Assembly (NCBI GenBank): GCA_905478765.1
Contig: CAJQJY010000012.1
Span: 371 to 64,370 of the forward strand
Length of the DNA: 64,000 nt
Source of the DNA: an uncultured Flavobacteriales bacterium
GTDB taxonomy: Bacteria; Bacteroidota; Bacteroidia; Flavobacteriales; BACL11
Direction: 5' to 3'
The position numbers were made by a program, and so were the translations under genes. The notes beneath the pieces are model-generated. The model had not been told where the DNA came from. It saw only the letters and a list, made by a program, of their open reading frames with translations, and ran no database searches. Shown here piece after piece: positions 1 through 8,737 of the stretch; within the stretch, counting starts at the first letter, position 1, and each line of letters begins with the position of its first letter.

Positions 1-622
1 AAACTAAGCCAGTAAAATTAAAAAAACCAGTATTAGAAGAAAAAATAGATGAAGAAATATCTGGCTCATTTGCACCTTGGCTAGTAACAAATGTAATGTC
101 TGACAGCACATTACATTCGATTGTACTTAATGCAATACTCACTGATGGATTAAAGTCTATACACGCAACATCTCCAGTATTACCTCCAACACAATTTCCA
201 CAACTATCGATAAATGCAGTCCCATTTGGAGTGTTATTACAATCCAAAGAATAATTTGCAGTAACAAAAGTATCTACAACTGACCATATTGAAGACGGGA
301 TATTGCTTGTAGAACAAAAAGCTTTTGCTTGCCATATATAAGTTGATAACTGATTCAAACTATCAACATCATAACTAACTCCAGTAGCATTGTGCTCATA
401 CATCCAACTTGAAGATCCATTTTCCTTATACCTTAATCTATAATGATCAACATTTGCGTCAAAATCCCAATTTAATGTCGCACTAAAATTTGAAATTATG
501 GATGTGTTTAACCCAACTGGCGCATCACAATTTTGTGCACTCAAGATGCTAGAATTTATTAAAAATCCCAAAAAATACACAAAAATAAAAGTCAATAAAT
601 TTTTTGTAAACTTTACTTTCAT
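1..622 (-). CDS. secreted protein, N-terminal part only (gene runs off the window start): signal peptide, FN3-like segment, Cys-rich DSCGxC module
   Basis: Own minus-strand translation from the ATG at 622-620: MKVKFTKNLLTFIFVYFLGFLINSSILSAQNCDAPVGL..NWDFDANVDHYRLRYKENGSSSW..LDCNNTPNGTAFIDSCGNCVGGNTGDVAC. The frame stays open to base 1. It is absent from the ORF track because no stop lies in the window. Confidence 0.6.
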   Translation of the reverse strand, partial: MKVKFTKNLLTFIFVYFLGFLINSSILSAQNCDAPVGLNTSIISNFSATLNWDFDANVDHYRLRYKENGSSSWMYEHNATGVSYDVDSLNQLSTYIWQAKAFCSTSNIPSSIWSVVDTFVTANYSLDCNNTPNGTAFIDSCGNCVGGNTGDVACIDFNPSVSIALSTIECNVLSDITFVTSQGANEPDISSSIFSSNTGFFNFTGLV

Positions 623-671
623 AACACTCTTTTTTTAATTAACAATACTTTTTTCCATTAAAAGGAATTCG

Positions 672-679
672 CAAATATA
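672..679 (-). promoter_or_regulatory. Bacteroidota-type -7 box (TATATTTG) upstream of the 1-622 gene
   Basis: Plus-strand CAAATATA reads TAnnTTTG on the minus strand, about 50 nt upstream of the ATG at 622. Confidence 0.35.
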
Positions 680-735
680 AGAAATATATATATATTCTTA
701 ACATATTACGTGTCAAAAACCATTATGGTTGCATC

Positions 736-765
736 AAAAAAAAAGTACTGATTAATCAGTACTTT
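736..765 (-). terminator. rho-independent terminator after tRNA-Gln
   Basis: Minus-strand RNA reads AAAGUACUGA-UUAA-UCAGUACUUU, a perfect 10-bp stem, followed by six further U. It starts 8 nt after the tRNA 3' end. Confidence 0.7.
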
Positions 766-772
766 GTAAGTG

Positions 773-845
773 TTGCCCGACTAGGTCTCGAACCTAGACT
801 CTTCTGCACCAAAAGCAGACGTGTTGCCAATTACACCATCGGGCA
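773..845 (-). tRNA. tRNA-Gln (anticodon UUG)
   Basis: Reverse complement is TGCCCGATGGTGTAATTGGCAACACGTCTGCTTTTGGTGCAGAAGAGTCTAGGTTCGAGACCTAGTCGGGCAA. It folds as a cloverleaf: acceptor TGCCCGA/TCGGGCA with U1:A72, D stem GTGT/ACAC, anticodon stem TCTGC/GCAGA with loop TTTTGGT, T stem CTAGG/CCTAG with TTCGAGA. Confidence 0.88.
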
Positions 846-862
846 TTATGTAAAACGGACCG

Positions 863-870
863 CAAAAATA
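863..870 (-). promoter_or_regulatory. -7 box TATTTTTG for tRNA-Gln
   Basis: TAnnTTTG on the minus strand, 17 nt upstream of the mature tRNA 5' end. Confidence 0.45.
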
Positions 871-977
871 ACAATTAACTCATAAGTACAAAATATTTAA
901 TCATATTTTCATTAATGTAAAATTGTAACTTAAAAATTTATAACTTCGCCAACCTTAAAAAAAAGTTAAATTCTATT

Positions 978-3900
978 ATGAATCAATTTAAAAAACTAAA
1001 TAACATTGCTGGTTGGTTTGTTTTTCTAATCGCATCTTTTGTGTATTTCTCCACTATTGAGCAAACAGTCAGTTTTTGGGATTGCGGTGAGTATATTGCT
1101 ACTGCTTATAAATTAGAAGTTGGACACCCTCCTGGAGCGCCTTTATTTCAATTATTTGGTAGAGTTTTTACTCTTTTCGCAGCCCAAGGAACATCAGAAG
1201 TTGCTGTTGCAATAAATATAATGTCTGCACTTTGTTCTTCTTTCACTATTTTATTTTTATACTGGACAATTACAGCTTTTGGCAGGAATATGTTTTTTAA
1301 ACACGAAAAAAATATAGAATTTGGCAGAATTATTGCGGTTTTAGGTGCTGGTCTTGTAGGTGCTTTAGCGTACACTTTTTCTGATTCATTCTGGTTTTCA
1401 GCAGTAGAGGGGGAGGTTTATGCTATGTCATCATTATTTACAGCAGTTACTTTTTGGTGTATTATGAAGTGGGAACAAGAAGCTGACAAACCGCATGCTA
1501 GTAGATGGTTAGTCTTAATTGGCTACTTAATAGGACTTTCTGTTGGAGTGCATCTTCTATCATTACTTACAATACCTGCAATGGGAATGATTTATTACTT
1601 TAAAAAATACGAATACACTAAAGCTGGAGCAATCAAAGCATTTGTTTTATCTATGATTATTTTAGGGCTAGTACAAAGTGTAATTATTCCTGGAGCAGTT
1701 AGTTTAATTTCAAAATTTGAACTGTTTTTTGTAAACACAATCGGACTCCCTTTTAATTCAGGAACAATTATTTATTTCTTAGCAATTATTGGAGCGATTA
1801 CATTTGGGTTAATCTATACTAAAAAACATCACAAAACAGTTTGGAACACTGCTATTTTAGGATTGATGATGCTTTTAATTGGTTATTCTTCATTTGCAAT
1901 TTTAGTTGTTCGCTCTAATGCTAACCCACCTATTGATGAGAATAACCCTGAAGATGCAGTTGGACTTTTATCATACTTGAAAAGGGAACAATATGGAAGT
2001 TGGCCAATTGTTTACGGTCAACATTTTAATGCAAAATTAGACAGCCGTGAGCCTTATATTGACGGAAACCCAATTTATGCAAAAGATGAGAAAAAAGGGA
2101 AATATATTATAATTGACAAAAGAAAAAATACAGTTCCTAATTATAGTAAAAAAGATAAAATGTTATTCCCAAGAATTTGGAGTAGTACTCAGCCCAGGCA
2201 TGCTAGTGGTTATGTGAATTGGGCAGGACTTAAAAATAAAAATGTAAAACCAACTTTTGGTGAGAATATGACCTATTTCTTTAAATACCAAATTGGATGG
2301 TCCTATGTTCGTTATTTTATGTGGAATTTTGCGGGAAGACAGAATGACTTTATGAATATGGATGGGAATTCATTGAATGGAAATTGGGAAAGTGGAATTA
2401 GTTTTATTGATAATGCTCGCTTAGGGACTCCTTCTTCAAAAGTGAATGTACCTGACTATTTAGGCAAAAATAAAGGGAAGAATCATTATTATTTTCTACC
2501 ACTAATTTTAGGATTAATTGGGATGCTATTCCATTTTAAACAAAACAATCAAGATGCATTAGCCGTTCTACTCTTCTTCCTATTTACTGGAGTACTTATT
2601 ATTGTATATTTAAATGTCGTGCCCTTCCAACCAAGAGAAAGAGATTATGCTTATGTAGGTTCATTCTATGCTTTTGCAATATGGATAGGATTAGGAGTTT
2701 TAGGGATTTACGACTTTATCAGCAATCATTTAGATTCTAAAACTAGCGCAACTTTAGCTACAATTCTTGCTTTAGCAATGCCTACTTTAATGGCTGCAGA
2801 AAATTGGGATGACCATGATAGAAGCGGAAGATTTACTGCACTTGAAGTTGCTAAAAATTATTTGAATTCTTGTGATAAAAATGCCATACTATTTACAAAT
2901 GGTGACAATGATACTTTCCCGCTTTGGTATGCACAAGAAGTTGAAGGAATACGAACTGATATTAAGGTAGTAAATCTTTCATTATTTAACACTGACTGGT
3001 ACATCGACCAAATGAAGAGAGCCTCTTATGATGCTCCACCTATCCCATCATCTTTAGAGCATGATGATTACAGAACAGGCACTAGAGATTACACACCAAT
3101 TCAAGAAAGATTTAAAGACTTCATTGAGGTTAAAGATGTAGTTGAATTCATTAATAGTAACAGTCCTAAAGCAAAATTAAATACTTCTTCAGGATTAAGA
3201 AATTACTGTCCTACTAAAAAGCTAAAACTTACAGTCAATAAGGAAGTTGCAAAAACTTTTGTTCCAAAAGAATATCAAAATAGAATAGTTGATGAAGTTA
3301 AGTTTAAACTAAAAGGTAACGGAGTGTTTAAAAATAAATTATTAGTTTTAGATATACTAGCTAATTTCAATTGGGAGCGTCCAATATATTTTGCAATCAC
3401 GGTTGGAAAAGATAATTTTATGGGATTAGAAAATTATTTCCAATTAGAAGGACTAGCATACAGATTAGTGCCTTATTCTGTCAAATCTCCTGACGGACAA
3501 ACTGGAGTTGTGCACAGTGAAAAAATGTACGATAGATTAGTAAATCAGTTTGAGTGGGGAGGTTTGAATAACCCTGATTTGTATTTTGATGAGACCAACA
3601 CTAGAATGGTAATGAATTTTAGAAATAATTTTTCAAGATTAGCTGAAGCTCTTTATCAAAAAGGAGACACAACAAAAGCTATTGAAACTTTAGATAAATG
3701 TATTGCTGAATTCCCAAATGATGTAGTTAGATTAAGTTATTTTGCTTTACCAATTATTGATTTGTATTACAAGCTAGGAGAAACAGAAAAAGCAAGCAAA
3801 GTACTGGCTACTATGATTGATGACAACTTAACTGAAATCAAATATCTTAAAGAATTTGATAGAGGTTCAGGCTTAAAACAAAACATTAGTATTACTGGGC

Positions 3901-4076
3901 AAGTTCTAGGAAGTTTAGGGCGAGTTATCCAAATACATAAACTTGAAGATTTATCTTACAAATACTCAGAAGAAGACGGAATATATTACAAAGAAAAAGG
4001 TAGTGAAAAAGAAGAAATTGATTTCAAAACTTACACAATTAATACCTTTATGGATGAGTACTTAAGCATTCAATAA
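978..4076 (+). CDS. DUF2723-family polytopic membrane protein (TMEM260-like, GT-C-type putative glycosyltransferase) with C-terminal TPR-like region
   Basis: 1032-aa ORF. N-terminal motif FWDCGEYIATAYKLEVGHPPGAPLF, many TM helices, soluble helical C-terminus. Confidence 0.75.
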   Translation: MNQFKKLNNIAGWFVFLIASFVYFSTIEQTVSFWDCGEYIATAYKLEVGHPPGAPLFQLFGRVFTLFAAQGTSEVAVAINIMSALCSSFTILFLYWTITAFGRNMFFKHEKNIEFGRIIAVLGAGLVGALAYTFSDSFWFSAVEGEVYAMSSLFTAVTFWCIMKWEQEADKPHASRWLVLIGYLIGLSVGVHLLSLLTIPAMGMIYYFKKYEYTKAGAIKAFVLSMIILGLVQSVIIPGAVSLISKFELFFVNTIGLPFNSGTIIYFLAIIGAITFGLIYTKKHHKTVWNTAILGLMMLLIGYSSFAILVVRSNANPPIDENNPEDAVGLLSYLKREQYGSWPIVYGQHFNAKLDSREPYIDGNPIYAKDEKKGKYIIIDKRKNTVPNYSKKDKMLFPRIWSSTQPRHASGYVNWAGLKNKNVKPTFGENMTYFFKYQIGWSYVRYFMWNFAGRQNDFMNMDGNSLNGNWESGISFIDNARLGTPSSKVNVPDYLGKNKGKNHYYFLPLILGLIGMLFHFKQNNQDALAVLLFFLFTGVLIIVYLNVVPFQPRERDYAYVGSFYAFAIWIGLGVLGIYDFISNHLDSKTSATLATILALAMPTLMAAENWDDHDRSGRFTALEVAKNYLNSCDKNAILFTNGDNDTFPLWYAQEVEGIRTDIKVVNLSLFNTDWYIDQMKRASYDAPPIPSSLEHDDYRTGTRDYTPIQERFKDFIEVKDVVEFINSNSPKAKLNTSSGLRNYCPTKKLKLTVNKEVAKTFVPKEYQNRIVDEVKFKLKGNGVFKNKLLVLDILANFNWERPIYFAITVGKDNFMGLENYFQLEGLAYRLVPYSVKSPDGQTGVVHSEKMYDRLVNQFEWGGLNNPDLYFDETNTRMVMNFRNNFSRLAEALYQKGDTTKAIETLDKCIAEFPNDVVRLSYFALPIIDLYYKLGETEKASKVLATMIDDNLTEIKYLKEFDRGSGLKQNISITGQVLGSLGRVIQIHKLEDLSYKYSEEDGIYYKEKGSEKEEIDFKTYTINTFMDEYLSIQ

Positions 4077-4077
4077 T

Positions 4078-4686
4078 GTGTTTGTAAATCCATCAAGATT
4101 TATTCATTACTTCTTTCCTTCATTAGTTTGGAGGAAAGAAAATTCTGAAAATAATATATGGCTTACTTTTGATGACGGACCTACGCCAGATGTTACCCCC
4201 TACATTTTACATGTTTTAAAACATGAAAAAATTAAAGCTACATTCTTTTTAGTTGGAGAGCAAATTGAAAAATTCCCACATCTAGTTAATGACATTTTAT
4301 CTGACGGACATCTGATTGCAAATCATTCCTATTCTCATAAAAATGGGTGGCTTACATCCAAAGACAATTATTTAAAGGATATTGAGAGTTGCCAGCAATT
4401 AATACCTCATAACAAACTTTTTCGACCGCCTTACGGGAAAATTACTACAGCACAAATTTCACTTTTAAAGGAAAAATACAAAATTATCCTATGGGACGTT
4501 CTTAGTTGGGATTTTTCAAAAAAAATATCTCCTGAAAGAGTAAAAAAAAACGTATTGAAAAACACAAAGAATGGTTCAATTATTGTTTTTCATAACAATC
4601 AGAAAAGTTTTAGAAACTTAAGATTCTTGATGGAGACAATTCAAGAATTAAAAAAGAAAGGGTTTCGATTTTCTACTACTTGGTAG
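4078..4686 (+). CDS. polysaccharide deacetylase (NodB homology) family protein
   Basis: Motifs LTFDDGP and NHSYSH. GTG start 1 nt after the upstream stop. Confidence 0.8.
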   Translation: MFVNPSRFIHYFFPSLVWRKENSENNIWLTFDDGPTPDVTPYILHVLKHEKIKATFFLVGEQIEKFPHLVNDILSDGHLIANHSYSHKNGWLTSKDNYLKDIESCQQLIPHNKLFRPPYGKITTAQISLLKEKYKIILWDVLSWDFSKKISPERVKKNVLKNTKNGSIIVFHNNQKSFRNLRFLMETIQELKKKGFRFSTTW

Positions 4687-5452
4687 CTACAACAAAGTGA
4701 TCCAAACATTTATTGTTAGACTCTTCAATTTTATAATCAGTATACTCCAAAGTATTTACAATATCTTTATTATGGTCTTGTAAATTTTGCCTGTTAAATC
4801 TGTTTAAAATATCATAAGGAATTCGCAACAACCATCCTGGCACCCAGTATTGCATATTTAAAATATCCCATCTAGTAATTTTAGCAACAGACTCTTTATT
4901 TTTCTGATAATAATCCATTACCTTTTCATTACCAAATATTCCTTTTAGCTCAAATTTTTCAAACACACTTTTAACAATATTACCCATTTGCTGAAGATTA
5001 TATTCACGAATGTGCCATGGATTTCTAGTAAGTGACATTTTAATATTTGGTGTAGTCATAATAAGCTTCCCTCCTGGTTTTAAAACTCTATTTATTTCTT
5101 TTAAAAACAACTCATCATTTTGTATATGCTCTATTACTTGAAAGGTAACAACAAAATCAACACTATCATTATCAATTCCTTTTAAGGGAGGAACCTCAGT
5201 CTTAATAAAAGTAATATCATTTTCTTCATTTAATTTATCAGAAATATGAGTGTCATACTTATCTACAGCAATATACTTTTCAGTAATTGGAGCTAACTCC
5301 ATTATTCCATAACCTTCCCCACTTCCAATTTCCAAAACTGTTCCGCTAACAATTTTTGCTGCTTCTTTATAAGCTATCAAATGTCTTTGGTACATTACAT
5401 TTTCTGATGGATCTAAGTGTGAACTTCTTTCTGCTGTTTGTAATACTCCCAT
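4676..5452 (-). CDS. class I SAM-dependent methyltransferase
   Basis: SAM-binding motif VLEIGSGEGYG, followed by VDFVVTFQVIEH and LKPGGKLIM. Confidence 0.8.
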   Translation of the reverse strand: MGVLQTAERSSHLDPSENVMYQRHLIAYKEAAKIVSGTVLEIGSGEGYGIMELAPITEKYIAVDKYDTHISDKLNEENDITFIKTEVPPLKGIDNDSVDFVVTFQVIEHIQNDELFLKEINRVLKPGGKLIMTTPNIKMSLTRNPWHIREYNLQQMGNIVKSVFEKFELKGIFGNEKVMDYYQKNKESVAKITRWDILNMQYWVPGWLLRIPYDILNRFNRQNLQDHNKDIVNTLEYTDYKIEESNNKCLDHFVVATK

Positions 5453-5487
5453 TTCATTTAGTTTTTTAAGTCAGCAAATATATTGAA

Positions 5488-6252
5488 TTAATCAATTATT
5501 TCAACAAGAACTGGGCAATGGTCCGAATGAACAGCTTTTGATAAAATTACGGAACGATTTAAATTATTTAACAGACTTTCTGATATCATATTGTAATCAA
5601 TTCTCCAGCCTAAATTTTTAACTCTTGAATTTGCTCTATAACTCCACCAACTATAATTGTGTGGCTCTGCATTTAAATGTCTAAATGAATCAACAAACCC
5701 ACTCGCAATAAATTTTGTAATCCAATCTCTTTCTTCCGGCAAAAATCCTGATGTATTTTTATTTCTTTGAGGATTGTGAATATCAATTGCCTCATGACAA
5801 ATATTATAATCACCTGAAATAATCAAATTTGGAATTGTTTTTTTTAATTCTTGAATATAATCATAAAACATATCTAAGAACTCCATTTTAAAAGCCTGCC
5901 TTAGAGGGTTACTTCCTGACGGAAAATAAACACTCATTACAGAATAATTATCATAATCTGCTCGAATTACTCTACCTTCAAAATCAATTTTTTCTATTCC
6001 ACAACCATATTCAACATTGTTGGGTTTTATCTTTGACAAAATTGCAACACCACTATATCCTGGCTTTTCTGCTGAGTTTATAAAACATTCAAAACCTAAT
6101 TTATTGAATAATTCTACATTAAATTGTTCCGGTTTTGCTTTTATCTCTTGCAAACAAACGATATCAGCTTTTGAAGAATTAATCCAACTGTCTAAATCCT
6201 TCTTTAATGCAGCTCTGATTCCATTAATATTATATGTAAGTATGACAGCCAT
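5488..6252 (-). CDS. xth: exodeoxyribonuclease III
   Basis: 254 aa. N-terminus ILTYNINGIRAA, then CLQEIK, and SDHCPV at the C-terminus (EEP nuclease fold). Confidence 0.9.
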   Translation of the reverse strand: MAVILTYNINGIRAALKKDLDSWINSSKADIVCLQEIKAKPEQFNVELFNKLGFECFINSAEKPGYSGVAILSKIKPNNVEYGCGIEKIDFEGRVIRADYDNYSVMSVYFPSGSNPLRQAFKMEFLDMFYDYIQELKKTIPNLIISGDYNICHEAIDIHNPQRNKNTSGFLPEERDWITKFIASGFVDSFRHLNAEPHNYSWWSYRANSRVKNLGWRIDYNMISESLLNNLNRSVILSKAVHSDHCPVLVEIID

Positions 6253-7154
6253 TATCGCAACTTTAATTTAGTTTGACCTAAAACTCTACCTTCAATAATT
6301 AAATTTATCAAATATGTTCCTCTTTCTAACTGAGCAATTCTTTCCCATTCAAAACAACTCTCCATTTCAATATTATTATATTCAAATTCAGCTAAACTTG
6401 TGCATCCTAAAGTGGAATCATTTACTTCAACATTCAGTTCTTCCAAACCAGTAATTAGGACACCTCTTTCATTAATAATTTGCAGGTAAACTTCTTTAGT
6501 TTCTGCATCTGAAATCTGATTAGAACCAACTGAAAAACAAACTCTAATCTTCTGTACTTTCTTTGCAAAACTAGTTGAAACCTCTCTGCCTGTACTCCTG
6601 TATCTCACAGCTTCAATATCTATAGATAATAACTCAAGAACAGAGCCCTTATCTACCTTTTCAGCTAATTTCTCATTTTGTTTGTTTAGCTTGAAATTCT
6701 TCCAGTTAATATTTTTATTCTCGTTTATGACACTATCCTTTTCAATAGTTAATGTCTCATTTAGAACAAGTAACGAATCGATGTTAGCTAAGTATCTTTT
6801 CGAAATATCTTTAAGTGCCGCAATCTTTTGATGAGCTTCTTTTAAGTCGCTTTTTGTACGGATAAGATTTCTGATCTCTGCTATTTGATGTTGAATTATA
6901 GAATCTTTTTCGTGCAAATGCTCATTCAATTCTCCATATTCATCAAGCAAGTCATCATGCTCATCGATTAAATCATCAAGCTCATCTCTAAGCATATTTT
7001 TCTGCTCAATAAACTGAATCTTTAATTCCATTTGTTGCTCCATTTTATTCTGTTGTAAAGATAAAACAGCAATAAAAATTACAACTAAAACACCAAAAAA
7101 AATGATAACTTTCCTACTTGAAGGCACTTCCCAAAGTTCTTTTAATTTATTCAT
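6252..7154 (-). CDS. hypothetical membrane-anchored coiled-coil protein
   Basis: N-terminal TM helix (VIIFFGVLVVIFIAVL), long heptad-like E/L/D-rich stretch, beta-rich C-terminal domain. Overlaps xth by 1 nt and the upstream gene by 8 nt. Confidence 0.6.
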   Translation of the reverse strand: MNKLKELWEVPSSRKVIIFFGVLVVIFIAVLSLQQNKMEQQMELKIQFIEQKNMLRDELDDLIDEHDDLLDEYGELNEHLHEKDSIIQHQIAEIRNLIRTKSDLKEAHQKIAALKDISKRYLANIDSLLVLNETLTIEKDSVINENKNINWKNFKLNKQNEKLAEKVDKGSVLELLSIDIEAVRYRSTGREVSTSFAKKVQKIRVCFSVGSNQISDAETKEVYLQIINERGVLITGLEELNVEVNDSTLGCTSLAEFEYNNIEMESCFEWERIAQLERGTYLINLIIEGRVLGQTKLKLR

Positions 7155-7404
7155 CTTTCAGTTTTTCTTCATCATAGTTTAAGCGTAATTCTGAAAGCAT
7201 TCCATCTAAAATTTTTTCAATATCTTCAGATATATTTCCTTTAGTTTTATTGTTTAACATCTCCATCAAATCTATTGTCTGACTTACATACTCTAAGTTC
7301 CTACTCACCTTGCCAGTTGGGTCTGTCATCTTCCCAAGTCCTTGCATTGCTGATGTATGGAACATATATAGCAACTGCATAAATAATTGATCGTTCTTTT
7401 CCAT
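7147..7404 (-). CDS. DUF1844 domain-containing protein
   Basis: 85 aa. The pattern SAMQGLGKMTDPTGK..TIDLMEMLNNKTKGNIS..LSELRLNY matches my memory of DUF1844. Confidence 0.7.
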   Translation of the reverse strand: MEKNDQLFMQLLYMFHTSAMQGLGKMTDPTGKVSRNLEYVSQTIDLMEMLNNKTKGNISEDIEKILDGMLSELRLNYDEEKLKDE

Positions 7405-7410
7405 AATTTT

Positions 7411-8127
7411 CTACTTAAATACTTTTTGTAATAATTCTGACAACCTGGCGTCTGGGTTATTTCTGATATTTTTTTCCTCTTTTGCAATCAAAAGAAATAA
7501 ACCATCAATTGTTTTATTTGTCACATAATCTTCAATATCCGGGGTTACTTTCTTTGTCATTGGCAAGGCATTATATCTGCCTGATAATTGATCCCAATAT
7601 TTAGTAACATGTACTTTTTCAATTGCCTTTTTCACAACAGGTTTAAACTTTTTGTAAAGCTCTTTTGATGTTTGTTTTTTCAGATAAATTGTTGCCGCAT
7701 TGTGCTCTCCATTCAATATTTTAAAAGCATCAGTAATTGTCATATTTTTAACTGCAATAAAAAATATCTCTTTTGCATGCTTTGACGCTTCTTCTGCCGC
7801 ATAATTTAATGACTCCTCAAATTTTTTAACTTGCAACTTCAATCCTACATTTATCAAAGTTGATTTCATCTTTTCAGCTTCAGTAGGAAATGGAATTTTA
7901 ATTAAATTATTGTTGTTAAATCCACCTTTTTCTGATGCTAATTCTATAGAATTAGACGCCCCTAATTCTAATGCTTTTTTCAGACCACTTTCAATCTCTG
8001 ATTTATTTAATTCTTTTATTGTAATTACTTCTGTTGCTTTTGTTGATGCACTTTTTAATTCATTCCAACTTTGCGCTGAAGCACTACTAACTAAAACTGA
8101 AAAAACTACACTAAATATAATTTTCAT
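7411..8127 (-). CDS. DUF4197 domain-containing protein (secreted)
   Basis: Signal peptide, then SGLKKALELGASNSIELASEKGGFNNNNLIKIPFP, typical of DUF4197. Confidence 0.65.
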   Translation of the reverse strand: MKIIFSVVFSVLVSSASAQSWNELKSASTKATEVITIKELNKSEIESGLKKALELGASNSIELASEKGGFNNNNLIKIPFPTEAEKMKSTLINVGLKLQVKKFEESLNYAAEEASKHAKEIFFIAVKNMTITDAFKILNGEHNAATIYLKKQTSKELYKKFKPVVKKAIEKVHVTKYWDQLSGRYNALPMTKKVTPDIEDYVTNKTIDGLFLLIAKEEKNIRNNPDARLSELLQKVFK

Positions 8128-8737
8128 AATAGATTATTTTTTTGCTAAAATAAGTATAAACACTTAAGATTAACGCACAAAATCATTTTTCATCTGTATT
8201 TGTTGAATAATTTTATAAAATGATATCCATATCAGATAGTTGATTAACAAAATGTGCTTGGGCGCAATGTTCAATTAATTGAGATATAATCAAAATTTGC
8301 CAAAAGTGGGGCTTAATCCAAAGTTAACATCTCTTAATAGCTTGCTAAATGAACTAGAAAACAGTTCATTATCTGCTATTAGAAATCAACTTTAAGAAAT
8401 TCATTTTTATGATGTAGGGTATTCTTCAAACGAAAAAAATAATGTTCTCCAGTTGCCAACGCAAGAATTCTTCCTTAATTCTCAAATTAACATTATGCAT
8501 GAATTGTAAGATGCCTTTTAAATTTATGTATGTAAATAAACAAGAAGAGATCTTTGATAATATTTTCAGATAAGGAATAAAATACTCCTTTAATTTATAC
8601 ATTCAATGTTTTGAATACTATACAAATTACTAACTAATTTTTGTTAGTTCTGTGGCTTTCTATTTGTCAGAGTATATTTATGCAATAGCAGAAAAAGAAG
8701 AAATACAAGTTCAAGAAATAACTATAACTATATAAGA

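Noticed and set aside
684-695. (AT)6 dinucleotide run in the promoter spacer of the 1-622 gene, considered as a phase-variation tract
   Set aside because: It is only six units in a very AT-rich intergenic region. The -33 element is not identifiable, so there is no basis for a spacing argument.
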